Below the pieces are notes generated by a model, which was not told the DNA's origin, did not search any database, and worked only from the letters and a program-made list of their open reading frames with translations. A stretch of 52,533 nt of DNA. It comes from an uncultured virus (IMG/VR IMGVR_UViG_2061766007_001347) (taxonomy: Duplodnaviria; Heunggongvirae; Uroviricota; Caudoviricetes). The stretch is from IMG/VR virus record IMGVR_UViG_2061766007_001347; one strand, written 5' to 3'. Positions 28,997 through 37,519 of this stretch are shown here, in pieces. Positions within the stretch are counted from its first letter, which is position 1. Each line of letters starts with the position of its first letter. The translations under genes were made by a program, and so were the position numbers.

Positions 28997-31159
28997 TTAA
29001 TTTGAATAAACTCTAAAATAGAATGGCGTGTAAGTTGCACTTGAGTCTGACCCATAATCAAGTTTAGTACTTTGACCACTATAATTGTAATTAGTAACAA
29101 ACCAAAGTTTTGCAGCTCCATTGTCATTCACTATTACTTTTGCGTATGTAAGTGGGCTAGCTGCATATACGCTATCAGGCATATCTGATACTGATTGAAT
29201 TCCTAATGGCACCCAATTTCCATTATCAAAGTAACCCGCCTCATATATTTTAGATGAATCATAGCTTGCTGGAATAGTGCACTCTGGATCAGAATATAGT
29301 TGATAAACTGTACCACTGTTTTGTTCACCTCTAAATGACGATGTTATTCTTTCTTGATAATAATAGGTGATCCATAAACCGCATGGCAAATAAAGTACAA
29401 TGTCCTCATAGGGGCTAACAATTATCGTCTCATAATTGTCATTTAGTACAGTGTGATGTGTGCCCTGTAATTCAATATCATGATTATCACTGATAACTAA
29501 ATGATGAGTGCCTTGACTTACTATATTAAAATCTGGGTTATCAACTACTGACGTGCTAGTCTTGAATCTAGGATGCATAAATGGGTACAGCACGTGATAA
29601 TCTACATCACTAGTCTCTGTATTATAAATAACTATATCTGCTGGAGGTATAGACTCTGCTGATCGTACTATGAGACGATTACCGCTTATAATAGTTGGTA
29701 ATATAGCACTGTATGTTAAATTATTAGACTCAATTACTTTAGGAGTGATGCTAGCATACTCTAAAGATGGCTGTTCAACTATAGATTCACGAATGCTGCT
29801 TGTAATAAGTACTGATTGACCGCTAAGCAACAAGTCTCCACTTGTCTCATCAATCACGTTATATGTACTTATAACGAGCCATAAAAGATCTAATGAAACA
29901 TCATCTTTAACAATAAATTGAGAATTAAATGAATACTCTCCCCAAGATACTGGCATCCAGTTTAAAGAATCTTCGTCTTTAAATCTTTCATACATATCAG
30001 GTAGTGTAATTACACTACCAGTCTCTATCGTTATGTCATCAGGTAAATCTACTTCAAACTCTGGATGAGACTCATTAGTATAGTGAACAGTTGCAAATAC
30101 AGGTGTTACAATAAGATCAGCGACTGTGCTCTCTGTAATTATAATCTCCTCATTAAACTCACCTATATCCCATGAAACTGCGCTATACTTATGAAAATTG
30201 CTATCACTATAAACGCCACTGAGATCAGGTAACTGTATTGAGTGACCAATAATAACTTCCATATCAGCTGGAAGCTGAATATGAAGTTCTTCATGTGTGC
30301 TGCATGTAAATGAAACAAGGACGGTGTTTGGCCGATATTTCCAAGGAAGATGTAGAGACGTTTCACATAGCCACATATCTGCTACGCCTTCTACAAATGT
30401 ATAACCAAGCTCTAGAATGTTATCCTTGCTCATCCAAATATTAGTCACATTTGGAATACAGTACTCGTCAGAATACGAATCATAATATGTAGTATAAACT
30501 ATCTCATCTTTGAATGTAAATGTAGTATCTCTAATAATGCCATAATTATCGTGAGAATAAAATTCACTTCTACTGATAAAACGGCTATTGATGTAGAAAG
30601 CATCAAGCGATTCGCTTTCATAAACACTGCTTGCTAAAGTTGCAAGAGAGTCATACATCGTCACTTTGACATCATCAATGTTATCTACCCAAACATGACA
30701 ACCATCTCTATCATCAAAGTACTTCGTGGTTGATGAATCATACCATACGATAGCAATGTTATTTTCATCTGTAATGATGTTTTCACATGGATATGAAGTT
30801 ACACCATAGTTCTCATAAGCGTCACGTAGAGAGATGATCTGTGAATCGTAAAGAATATAGCTTGGAGATGTTTCAGATATGCTAGCTATGTAGCACTTAT
30901 AGTTAGAAGGTGATTCACCTCTATAGTAAGAAGAATTCTTCACTCTTTTATAGAGATTAAGCTCAGCAAAGTCAGCTACCCAAGTAAGATTCTCACTGTC
31001 ATAAAACGTATCATCACTAGAATCCTGTCTAACTACTACCTGCTGATTACCAGCTGTGTAGAATGCAATAAGTCTCTGTGGTAGTAGAGAATAGCCTAGT
31101 CTGTGAGCTTGCTCATACGTAAGCCATTCACCTTCTATGTAAAACATTTTTTCTGGCAT
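28997..31159 (-). CDS. Modular tail-associated protein (aromatic modules plus two small beta-rich repeats)
   Basis: FYIEGEWLTYEQAH, YGVTSYPC..VWYD, YCIPNVT..W..LGYTFVEG. Two H(E/P)E..I/VxLPxD...GxxIxLPD...VSW repeats. Confidence 0.6.
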   Translation of the reverse strand: MPEKMFYIEGEWLTYEQAHRLGYSLLPQRLIAFYTAGNQQVVVRQDSSDDTFYDSENLTWVADFAELNLYKRVKNSSYYRGESPSNYKCYIASISETSPSYILYDSQIISLRDAYENYGVTSYPCENIITDENNIAIVWYDSSTTKYFDDRDGCHVWVDNIDDVKVTMYDSLATLASSVYESESLDAFYINSRFISRSEFYSHDNYGIIRDTTFTFKDEIVYTTYYDSYSDEYCIPNVTNIWMSKDNILELGYTFVEGVADMWLCETSLHLPWKYRPNTVLVSFTCSTHEELHIQLPADMEVIIGHSIQLPDLSGVYSDSNFHKYSAVSWDIGEFNEEIIITESTVADLIVTPVFATVHYTNESHPEFEVDLPDDITIETGSVITLPDMYERFKDEDSLNWMPVSWGEYSFNSQFIVKDDVSLDLLWLVISTYNVIDETSGDLLLSGQSVLITSSIRESIVEQPSLEYASITPKVIESNNLTYSAILPTIISGNRLIVRSAESIPPADIVIYNTETSDVDYHVLYPFMHPRFKTSTSVVDNPDFNIVSQGTHHLVISDNHDIELQGTHHTVLNDNYETIIVSPYEDIVLYLPCGLWITYYYQERITSSFRGEQNSGTVYQLYSDPECTIPASYDSSKIYEAGYFDNGNWVPLGIQSVSDMPDSVYAASPLTYAKVIVNDNGAAKLWFVTNYNYSGQSTKLDYGSDSSATYTPFYFRVYSN

Positions 31160-31201
31160 ATCGTCTGAGCCCTAAGTTCAAAATAGTGTACATAATAGAA
31201 A

Positions 31202-31233
31202 AAGGTAGATAGTGAGTGAGCACTATCTACCTT
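31202..31233 (-). terminator. Intrinsic terminator
   Basis: AAGGTAGATAGTG-AGTGAG-CACTATCTACCTT, with TTTTT on the minus strand. Confidence 0.75.
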
Positions 31234-31262
31234 AATTGATACTTTAAACCCTGTTTTATGAG

Positions 31263-32633
31263 CTAGTCTGCTCTCCAGACAAATGGATCATCTACATTCC
31301 CGTCATCAAGTTTTATAACAAGCATGTCTAGTTGACTATTTGTATCTATGCTACTGTATGTAGATGCAGAGCTGTTAATGCTAGACCAGCCTAAAAATGA
31401 CCAATGATAACCGATAAATAACCACTTATTATTTCCAAAATATGACCCTGGCGGAATGTTTACATCATACCGAATAGTTCTTATGTTATTATAATCAATC
31501 CATGATTTAATAGTAGTATAACCACCAGCAACTGACACTGGACATAATGAATAATGATACTCACCGTCTATAGTCTTATTACGACTAGATCCAATTGGGA
31601 ATGGTTGTGTTATTAGTATATTGTTGTTACTATCTCTAAAAGATGGCGATATATTAGACACAAAATACGGATTAATCTGCTGAGGAACGCTTGAGAACAT
31701 ATAACTGTCTGAGGTAGCAGTATAACCATCAAACGGATTACTAGCGGATGTACTATTAGACACACCGACTTTTGATATAGTAGTATTTAAGAAGTTCTGA
31801 CATACAGAGTAGCCTTTACACTCGTCAGGGTTTTCTTCTGGCTTTAATTTACCCATCATACACCATCTAATTGCTGGACGCACTATGGATGCACTTACAC
31901 ATTGACTACATAAAATAATGTTCTCTCTATCATCTGCTAGAACTGAATACGTCTTTCTATTGCTTGATGGGGCTCCAAAAGAGCTATTTGCATAGTACCT
32001 AGATGAACTATCATAAAATAATGCGGACGACCCCTGTCTAATCATTGATGCTGAAAAATTATAATTCTTATAGGCTACACTTGGGTAAGAGGAGTTTGTA
32101 TAAGTATGCGTAGCTGAAGGCGCAGTGCAGCAGATCATAGTTGCTGATGATGGGAAAAATGAACTAGAAGTCATATCAACAGAAGGATTGAATTTTTCTT
32201 GATCTCCACTAACTGTCTTTGGTATGTAACAGCCAATCAAACCACCAATCAACTGTGTTGAAGTTGATCCACCACTACTATAAGTTGGACTATAAAATAC
32301 AGTTGGACACTTAGACTGATGCCATCTTGAATCTACAGTGGATTTACTGTGTGTCGTAACAGATGCTGCTGATAAGCCATTATAATTAAGAGCAAGCATC
32401 ATACGACTTCCGGTAGTATGTACAAAGAACATTGCATAAACACTATATGAAGGCGTTAAAAGTATAGCCTCATTGTCAGGACATGGTTCTGTGTCTAGTG
32501 ACCAACCATGATATGAACTGTCTAACAAAAACTTTGAGCAAACATCTTCAAGACAGGCTTTTACGCCAGTATTATCATTTGCATAAGTGGTGCTATCTGC
32601 CCATCTAATGCAATAACATCTAAATCCACCCAT
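31263..32633 (-). CDS. Ser/Thr/Tyr-rich protein, possible distant member of the MxLGGY family
   Basis: 456 aa, starts MGGFRCY; composition and size similar to the 26341 and 27534 ORFs. Confidence 0.5.
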   Translation of the reverse strand: MGGFRCYCIRWADSTTYANDNTGVKACLEDVCSKFLLDSSYHGWSLDTEPCPDNEAILLTPSYSVYAMFFVHTTGSRMMLALNYNGLSAASVTTHSKSTVDSRWHQSKCPTVFYSPTYSSGGSTSTQLIGGLIGCYIPKTVSGDQEKFNPSVDMTSSSFFPSSATMICCTAPSATHTYTNSSYPSVAYKNYNFSASMIRQGSSALFYDSSSRYYANSSFGAPSSNRKTYSVLADDRENIILCSQCVSASIVRPAIRWCMMGKLKPEENPDECKGYSVCQNFLNTTISKVGVSNSTSASNPFDGYTATSDSYMFSSVPQQINPYFVSNISPSFRDSNNNILITQPFPIGSSRNKTIDGEYHYSLCPVSVAGGYTTIKSWIDYNNIRTIRYDVNIPPGSYFGNNKWLFIGYHWSFLGWSSINSSASTYSSIDTNSQLDMLVIKLDDGNVDDPFVWRAD

Positions 32634-32641
32634 AATGACTC

Positions 32642-33364
32642 CTATTCAGTTTCAGACAAAGTAGCATAAATTATCTCTTTATCTTGTAAATATGGAATTT
32701 GAACTATAGTGGAGTCAAGATCGTCTACAATATACTGTCGATCTATAGACTCTAGTAAGCTGTGTTTATCATTTAATTCAGGAACTGATATCTCAAAGGA
32801 TAAAATCCTATCAACTAAATGCTGTCTATTTATAGACTCTAAGTCTATGTGAGGCGATTCCTCTACACCATCATCTACGTGATTTAGCCACTGCTTCTTA
32901 CCAGATCTATCGTCCCAATATAAGCAAATAATATCATCATACCACACAACAACATTTCCGCTGTTCATTACATACGGCATGCAGCGATACTTTGTTATAC
33001 CGTGTCGATAATATAAATCACTTATAAGTGTGAGTGAAGAATCATAGCTAATGAACTTAGGATCGTTATTCACGACAGTATCTGTATAGCAGTCATGTAT
33101 AGAAGCAGCTTCACATCTGTACAGAGTTATTTCGCCAAGACTTCTATATAATGATGGATTAAATTCATTTATGTCATCACGCCATATATGATTCTCAGCA
33201 TCATAGAACGTGTTATCATCTACATCTTTTCTTATCTGTACAGTTGAGAAATCACTCTTTAAGAAAGTAACGTTCTCCGGTCTACTTCTTGTCAAGCCTA
33301 ACAGATTATGTGCTTCTTCATAAGTATACCAGCGATCACGTATGTAAAACTCCTGATCATTCAT
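32642..33364 (-). CDS. Short paralog of the N-terminal part of 28997-31159
   Basis: FYIRDRWYTYEEAH, DDNTFYDAENHIW, HGITKYRC...VVWYD...DDRSG...W..HVDD align with the 720-aa ORF. Confidence 0.65.
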   Translation of the reverse strand: MNDQEFYIRDRWYTYEEAHNLLGLTRSRPENVTFLKSDFSTVQIRKDVDDNTFYDAENHIWRDDINEFNPSLYRSLGEITLYRCEAASIHDCYTDTVVNNDPKFISYDSSLTLISDLYYRHGITKYRCMPYVMNSGNVVVWYDDIICLYWDDRSGKKQWLNHVDDGVEESPHIDLESINRQHLVDRILSFEISVPELNDKHSLLESIDRQYIVDDLDSTIVQIPYLQDKEIIYATLSETE

Positions 33365-33373
33365 GTAGTCACC

Positions 33374-35746
33374 TTAATTACTTGGATCATCATCAACAAT
33401 AACTGGCACCAATGAATCCCCATCATATAATGTAGACTCACCATTTACAAATCTGTAATTATTTTCATGAACTTCATCAAATGTCATCCAGTGGTCGAAT
33501 ACATCTGGTACACAGTATCTTCCACCTTCACCAAACTTATCATCGTAATAGCACTGTAGAACATTATCACTGATGTTTTGATTAAATAATTTGAATGATA
33601 CGCTATCTCTAATTACGCCACGATAGTATGGAGAGGCATAAAATTCTTCATAAGAAATCACTGTACCATCATACAAAGTAATCTCATGATCAGCTTCATT
33701 ATCAGAAATACCTGATGCTGTATGAGTGAGCGTGTCATACATTGTAGTGTTATTTCTTACTGGAACTGAATCCTGCCATGCACTTACATAGCCATTCCAG
33801 TACTTGGATTTATTAGCATCAAACCAAACAACAAAGTTTCCATGTTCATCTACAAGTGGATCTCCATTGGGGTCAGTCTCAACTATCTCACATTCATAAG
33901 GCGTAATCCCTAAGTTATATAGGTCATCGATCTTTAGAATCCCAAGCTGCAAATCATATGAAGTCTGTGTAGTGTTGCAGATCACTTTAGAAATATAACG
34001 CTTACTTATGTATGTAGATTCATTATCAAACAAGCACTCAATATTTCTGTATAGTGAAACTAGCTCACCAGACTTAATAAGAATGTTATCATCAAATGAA
34101 TCAGCCCACTCTTTTGGATCCCATTCTGCACTCCAGTAAGCATCGAGATCATCATTGACTCTTAAATCAAATGGCACTATCTCGTTGTTCTCATAGTCAT
34201 ATATATGAGCGTCAAGAGCAACAGACGGAGTTAAAGTGTAACCTTTTTCAACTAGTGGAATTTCTTCTTCACCATTATAGTAGTACTCCGGATTCTCATC
34301 ACTTATGCACAAGGCAATAGGTCGGTCTAAATCATAGTAGTTTAATACAGTGTAGCCTTCTGGAATCTCTGTATAGTAATTGTAATTAAACTTAGCTGAA
34401 GATATCAGCTCAACGAACAACTCTTCTACATCTGTAAAGTCGAGCGTATCATCTTCATAAGTATCTATCTTCCCGCTCATTATGCCAAATAAACTAACGC
34501 CAATGTCGATATCTGCAGAGTAGTAGCCAGTAATAGCTCCACTTATCTTGCTTATTGCGTTACCAAATCTATCTTGTGGAAGATCAGGAAAGCTTATTGG
34601 TGAAGTTGAAAGAGCTGACTTTCGCTTGTTTAGATTAAACCATCCAATGTTTGCTACATCTGTATAATGTGATTTTTTATCTGGAGACAAATATGATTTC
34701 TTTGAAGATTTAAGTGTGGAATACACCTCGACTGAATTTGGTCCAAAGTACCATTCTGCTAAAATGTCTAGATCAATGATGCCATAGCCATTATTCAAAA
34801 GATCACTTACATCTGTTTTCTCAGACCATTCTCCAGTTTCACTATCATACTTAATAAATGTATCTGAACTAAAACAAATGATATTTTCTTTTACAGATTC
34901 GTCATGATTTATGGCTGAACAATAATATGATATATCGCTTACATCAATACCAGAGTCTGACAAATCCCAAAGTCTATTGCCTTGAATCCCGTGATACTTC
35001 CGCTTAAGTTTTCTATCGATGTCAATGCAGCAAAGATCGTGATAATGCTGATACTTAAAGATAGCATAAGCAGTTCTTATGAGATTGTTATTCTCTCCAT
35101 CATACCAATGAGAAGGATCTACTCTAAACACTAAATTGCTATCATAACCAAAACAAATGCAACCATATAAAACACCTAGTGCATATGAATACATCGACTT
35201 AGTGTCTAGTCTTTTATAGACCTGATTCTTGCAACCAGCATTGTCAAGAGCATCTACTATCTTTGAACAAATTTCATTAAAGTCAGAATCATCTTCTACT
35301 CCTAAGGTAGAGAATTCTATGATATCATGAAATATCACTGGAACAATTCTTGATGAATCCATCCCAGTAAGTTGATTCATAAACTGTCTTAAGCCAGAAC
35401 AATAGAACTCAACTCTATCATCAAAAGACACTGGCTTTCCATATAATGATAAATAGTCTACAATCTTGCTATAGAGATCACCGACGCGATCTTTATAAAT
35501 AACTATATTTCTTAATCTAGCCACATCTATCACTAGCTCAGTGATGATGGCGCCAGTGTCTGGATCTATCATTGGTTTTCCAGTATCTGGATCAATGACT
35601 GGAACCTCTTTGTAGTATTCTTCACTTGGAGTAGTAACAGCTTCTAAGCCAAGAATGAATAGCATTGTTGGATCACAGAGCTTTGGCTCATGCTCAATAT
35701 CGTCATAGTATTCAATACACCCAATTGAAGATTTATAGTATAGCAT
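33374..35746 (-). CDS. Large Tyr/Asp-rich protein, paralog of 12285-15497
   Basis: Shared blocks as listed for the 12285 ORF. Start set at MLYYKSS (ATG 35746), downstream of GGAGG. Confidence 0.62.
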   Translation of the reverse strand: MLYYKSSIGCIEYYDDIEHEPKLCDPTMLFILGLEAVTTPSEEYYKEVPVIDPDTGKPMIDPDTGAIITELVIDVARLRNIVIYKDRVGDLYSKIVDYLSLYGKPVSFDDRVEFYCSGLRQFMNQLTGMDSSRIVPVIFHDIIEFSTLGVEDDSDFNEICSKIVDALDNAGCKNQVYKRLDTKSMYSYALGVLYGCICFGYDSNLVFRVDPSHWYDGENNNLIRTAYAIFKYQHYHDLCCIDIDRKLKRKYHGIQGNRLWDLSDSGIDVSDISYYCSAINHDESVKENIICFSSDTFIKYDSETGEWSEKTDVSDLLNNGYGIIDLDILAEWYFGPNSVEVYSTLKSSKKSYLSPDKKSHYTDVANIGWFNLNKRKSALSTSPISFPDLPQDRFGNAISKISGAITGYYSADIDIGVSLFGIMSGKIDTYEDDTLDFTDVEELFVELISSAKFNYNYYTEIPEGYTVLNYYDLDRPIALCISDENPEYYYNGEEEIPLVEKGYTLTPSVALDAHIYDYENNEIVPFDLRVNDDLDAYWSAEWDPKEWADSFDDNILIKSGELVSLYRNIECLFDNESTYISKRYISKVICNTTQTSYDLQLGILKIDDLYNLGITPYECEIVETDPNGDPLVDEHGNFVVWFDANKSKYWNGYVSAWQDSVPVRNNTTMYDTLTHTASGISDNEADHEITLYDGTVISYEEFYASPYYRGVIRDSVSFKLFNQNISDNVLQCYYDDKFGEGGRYCVPDVFDHWMTFDEVHENNYRFVNGESTLYDGDSLVPVIVDDDPSN

Positions 35747-35757
35747 AAGACCTCCAA

Positions 35758-36636
35758 TTATGAGCACATGAGTGATAGAATAACATCATTGACATATGAC
35801 TCAAACTTGTATGATTCTTCAGTTGAGTTAACAACCGAGTTTAGCTTCTTTGTTAAAGCTTTGACATCAGAAGAAAGCATCACATTAAAGCCATTCTTCT
35901 TTTGATCAATAAGTTTAAGAATATCAATCAATGATTTGCATTTGCCAATGAATTTGCCATTAAGAGATTTTGCGACAGGTTTTGAAAGATCAGCAAGAAT
36001 TTTGCTTGGGTCTACTTTGTCATAAAACTTACTATCTGTGAAACTATCACCACTGAGATGATCACTCTTTAAGAAGTCCATATAATCTTTATAGAGTTTA
36101 TCGCATGCATTCTTAAAGTCTGTAACTACTTTAATGTCAAGCTCTGTTGGCTTATCACTCTTACTGTTATCTTTTATGTCTTCTGGCTGAGGCTTATCTT
36201 TTCCTTTTGGAACTTGAGCTTTGAACATAGCATATATCTGATTATAGTCAGACTTTAGTTGATTCAAAGCAACAAGAATATGCTTACAAGCCATGCCTTC
36301 TCTTTCTGGGTTTGTTTTATCTGGAGATCTTATTTCTCGATCAATTCCAGCTTGTGCTTTATACATAATATATCTATAGCCCTGATAGAGAAATGCTGGG
36401 CATGTGCAGCTTAATTTCACATCACCATTGATTGCACCTTTTAACGATCTAAGCTTATTTCCAGTAAGACCTAAAAGCTGAATAGTTACAATGTATTGTC
36501 TATTGCCCTGGCTTGAAGTCACAGTGTAGAGAATTTTATTGTCTTCAACTTTATACAACTTAGCAGTAAGACCCTGCTTTGAAGCTCTTTCTTTTGAACG
36601 ATTATCTGATTTGTTAATTATATCTACTAGGCGCAT
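35758..36636 (-). CDS. SWIM-type zinc-finger protein
   Basis: CTCPAFLYQG...NP..EGMACKH (CxC...CxH), preceded by VTSSQGNRQYIVTI. Confidence 0.75.
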   Translation of the reverse strand: MRLVDIINKSDNRSKERASKQGLTAKLYKVEDNKILYTVTSSQGNRQYIVTIQLLGLTGNKLRSLKGAINGDVKLSCTCPAFLYQGYRYIMYKAQAGIDREIRSPDKTNPEREGMACKHILVALNQLKSDYNQIYAMFKAQVPKGKDKPQPEDIKDNSKSDKPTELDIKVVTDFKNACDKLYKDYMDFLKSDHLSGDSFTDSKFYDKVDPSKILADLSKPVAKSLNGKFIGKCKSLIDILKLIDQKKNGFNVMLSSDVKALTKKLNSVVNSTEESYKFESYVNDVILSLMCS

Positions 36637-36669
36637 AGCTTTCTCGTCTTAAAATAAAGTGTGATAGAT

Positions 36670-36685
36670 CTATTAGTATTTGATA
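36670..36685 (-). promoter_or_regulatory. Candidate phage promoter motif TATCAAATACTAATAG
   Basis: Fits TATCWA-N6-ATAG; lies between a terminator and the next RBS. Confidence 0.45.
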
Positions 36686-36696
36686 TGAAGTCACAC

Positions 36697-36725
36697 AAAA
36701 ATACCCGAGATTATTCATCTCGGGT
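36697..36725 (-). terminator. Intrinsic terminator
   Basis: ACCCGAGAT-TATTC-ATCTCGGGT, followed by ATTTTT on the minus strand. Confidence 0.75.
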
Positions 36726-36746
36726 TGAGTAGTCTATAGACTAATC

Positions 36747-37496
36747 TTATTTATGAAAGCGAGAAACGAGTGAACGTTTAGCAGGTCGCTTCATTGATTC
36801 TTTCTTCACTGGCTTTTTAGCAGCTTCATTTTTAGCAGGCTTTCTTGAAACGCGTTTACGAGACTCGAAATCTTCATCTTCCATGTCTTCATCCCAGTCG
36901 TCGTCTTCGTCCCAATCTTCATCACCCATATACTGCATAGCTTCTTCAGCAGCGGCAGCAAGAGCTGAAGCTACCACATCGCGATCACTGTCTGATAATT
37001 CAAATGCGTACTCACTCTCTAAATCATCACAACAAGAATCAACGATTGGATCAGCAGCTTCATCAGCAATTATCTGAAGAGCGTCACGAACTGAGCCTGC
37101 TTGCTGAACCCAATAATCATCTTCATCTAGCTGATCTATATAATCTCTTGCCCATTGAGAAGCTGCATCATAAACATCGTTTCCAGCATCTTCATTCTTT
37201 ACAGGCTTATCAGATTCTTTGCTAGCTTCCATCATGTCATCATCTTCAATTAGACCAAGATTGCTACATGTGGTCCAAAGAGCATCATCAGCAACATTAG
37301 CCATAAGTTCTCTACAAAGAACTTCCCATGAAACGACACCGTCAGCTACAGCTTCAAGAAGAATAACGTTTGGATCGTCAGCACTCTCATTCTTTATGAG
37401 ATTTTCAAGACGAGTAAGACGTCTTTCTAGAATTGTTCTGCGTTTATCATTATCAACGGTAACCTGAGCCTTTTCAAGAGCTTCATTCTTAGTCAT
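36747..37496 (-). CDS. Acidic prohead core/internal protein candidate
   Basis: Downstream of the portal gene, D/E-rich, with LERRLTRLENLIKNES, several KNE(A/S/D) sites and a basic C-terminus. Start set at MTKNEA, downstream of GGAGG. Confidence 0.6.
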   Translation of the reverse strand: MTKNEALEKAQVTVDNDKRRTILERRLTRLENLIKNESADDPNVILLEAVADGVVSWEVLCRELMANVADDALWTTCSNLGLIEDDDMMEASKESDKPVKNEDAGNDVYDAASQWARDYIDQLDEDDYWVQQAGSVRDALQIIADEAADPIVDSCCDDLESEYAFELSDSDRDVVASALAAAAEEAMQYMGDEDWDEDDDWDEDMEDEDFESRKRVSRKPAKNEAAKKPVKKESMKRPAKRSLVSRFHK

Positions 37497-37519
37497 ATCC
37501 AATATCCTCCAAATAGCAC

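Noticed and set aside
16135..32633. Diversity-generating retroelement or invertase shufflon acting on fibre genes
   Set aside because: No reverse transcriptase or recombinase in the window, no near-identical TR/VR pair with adenine-specific differences, and no inverted cassettes. The duplications are old and diverged.
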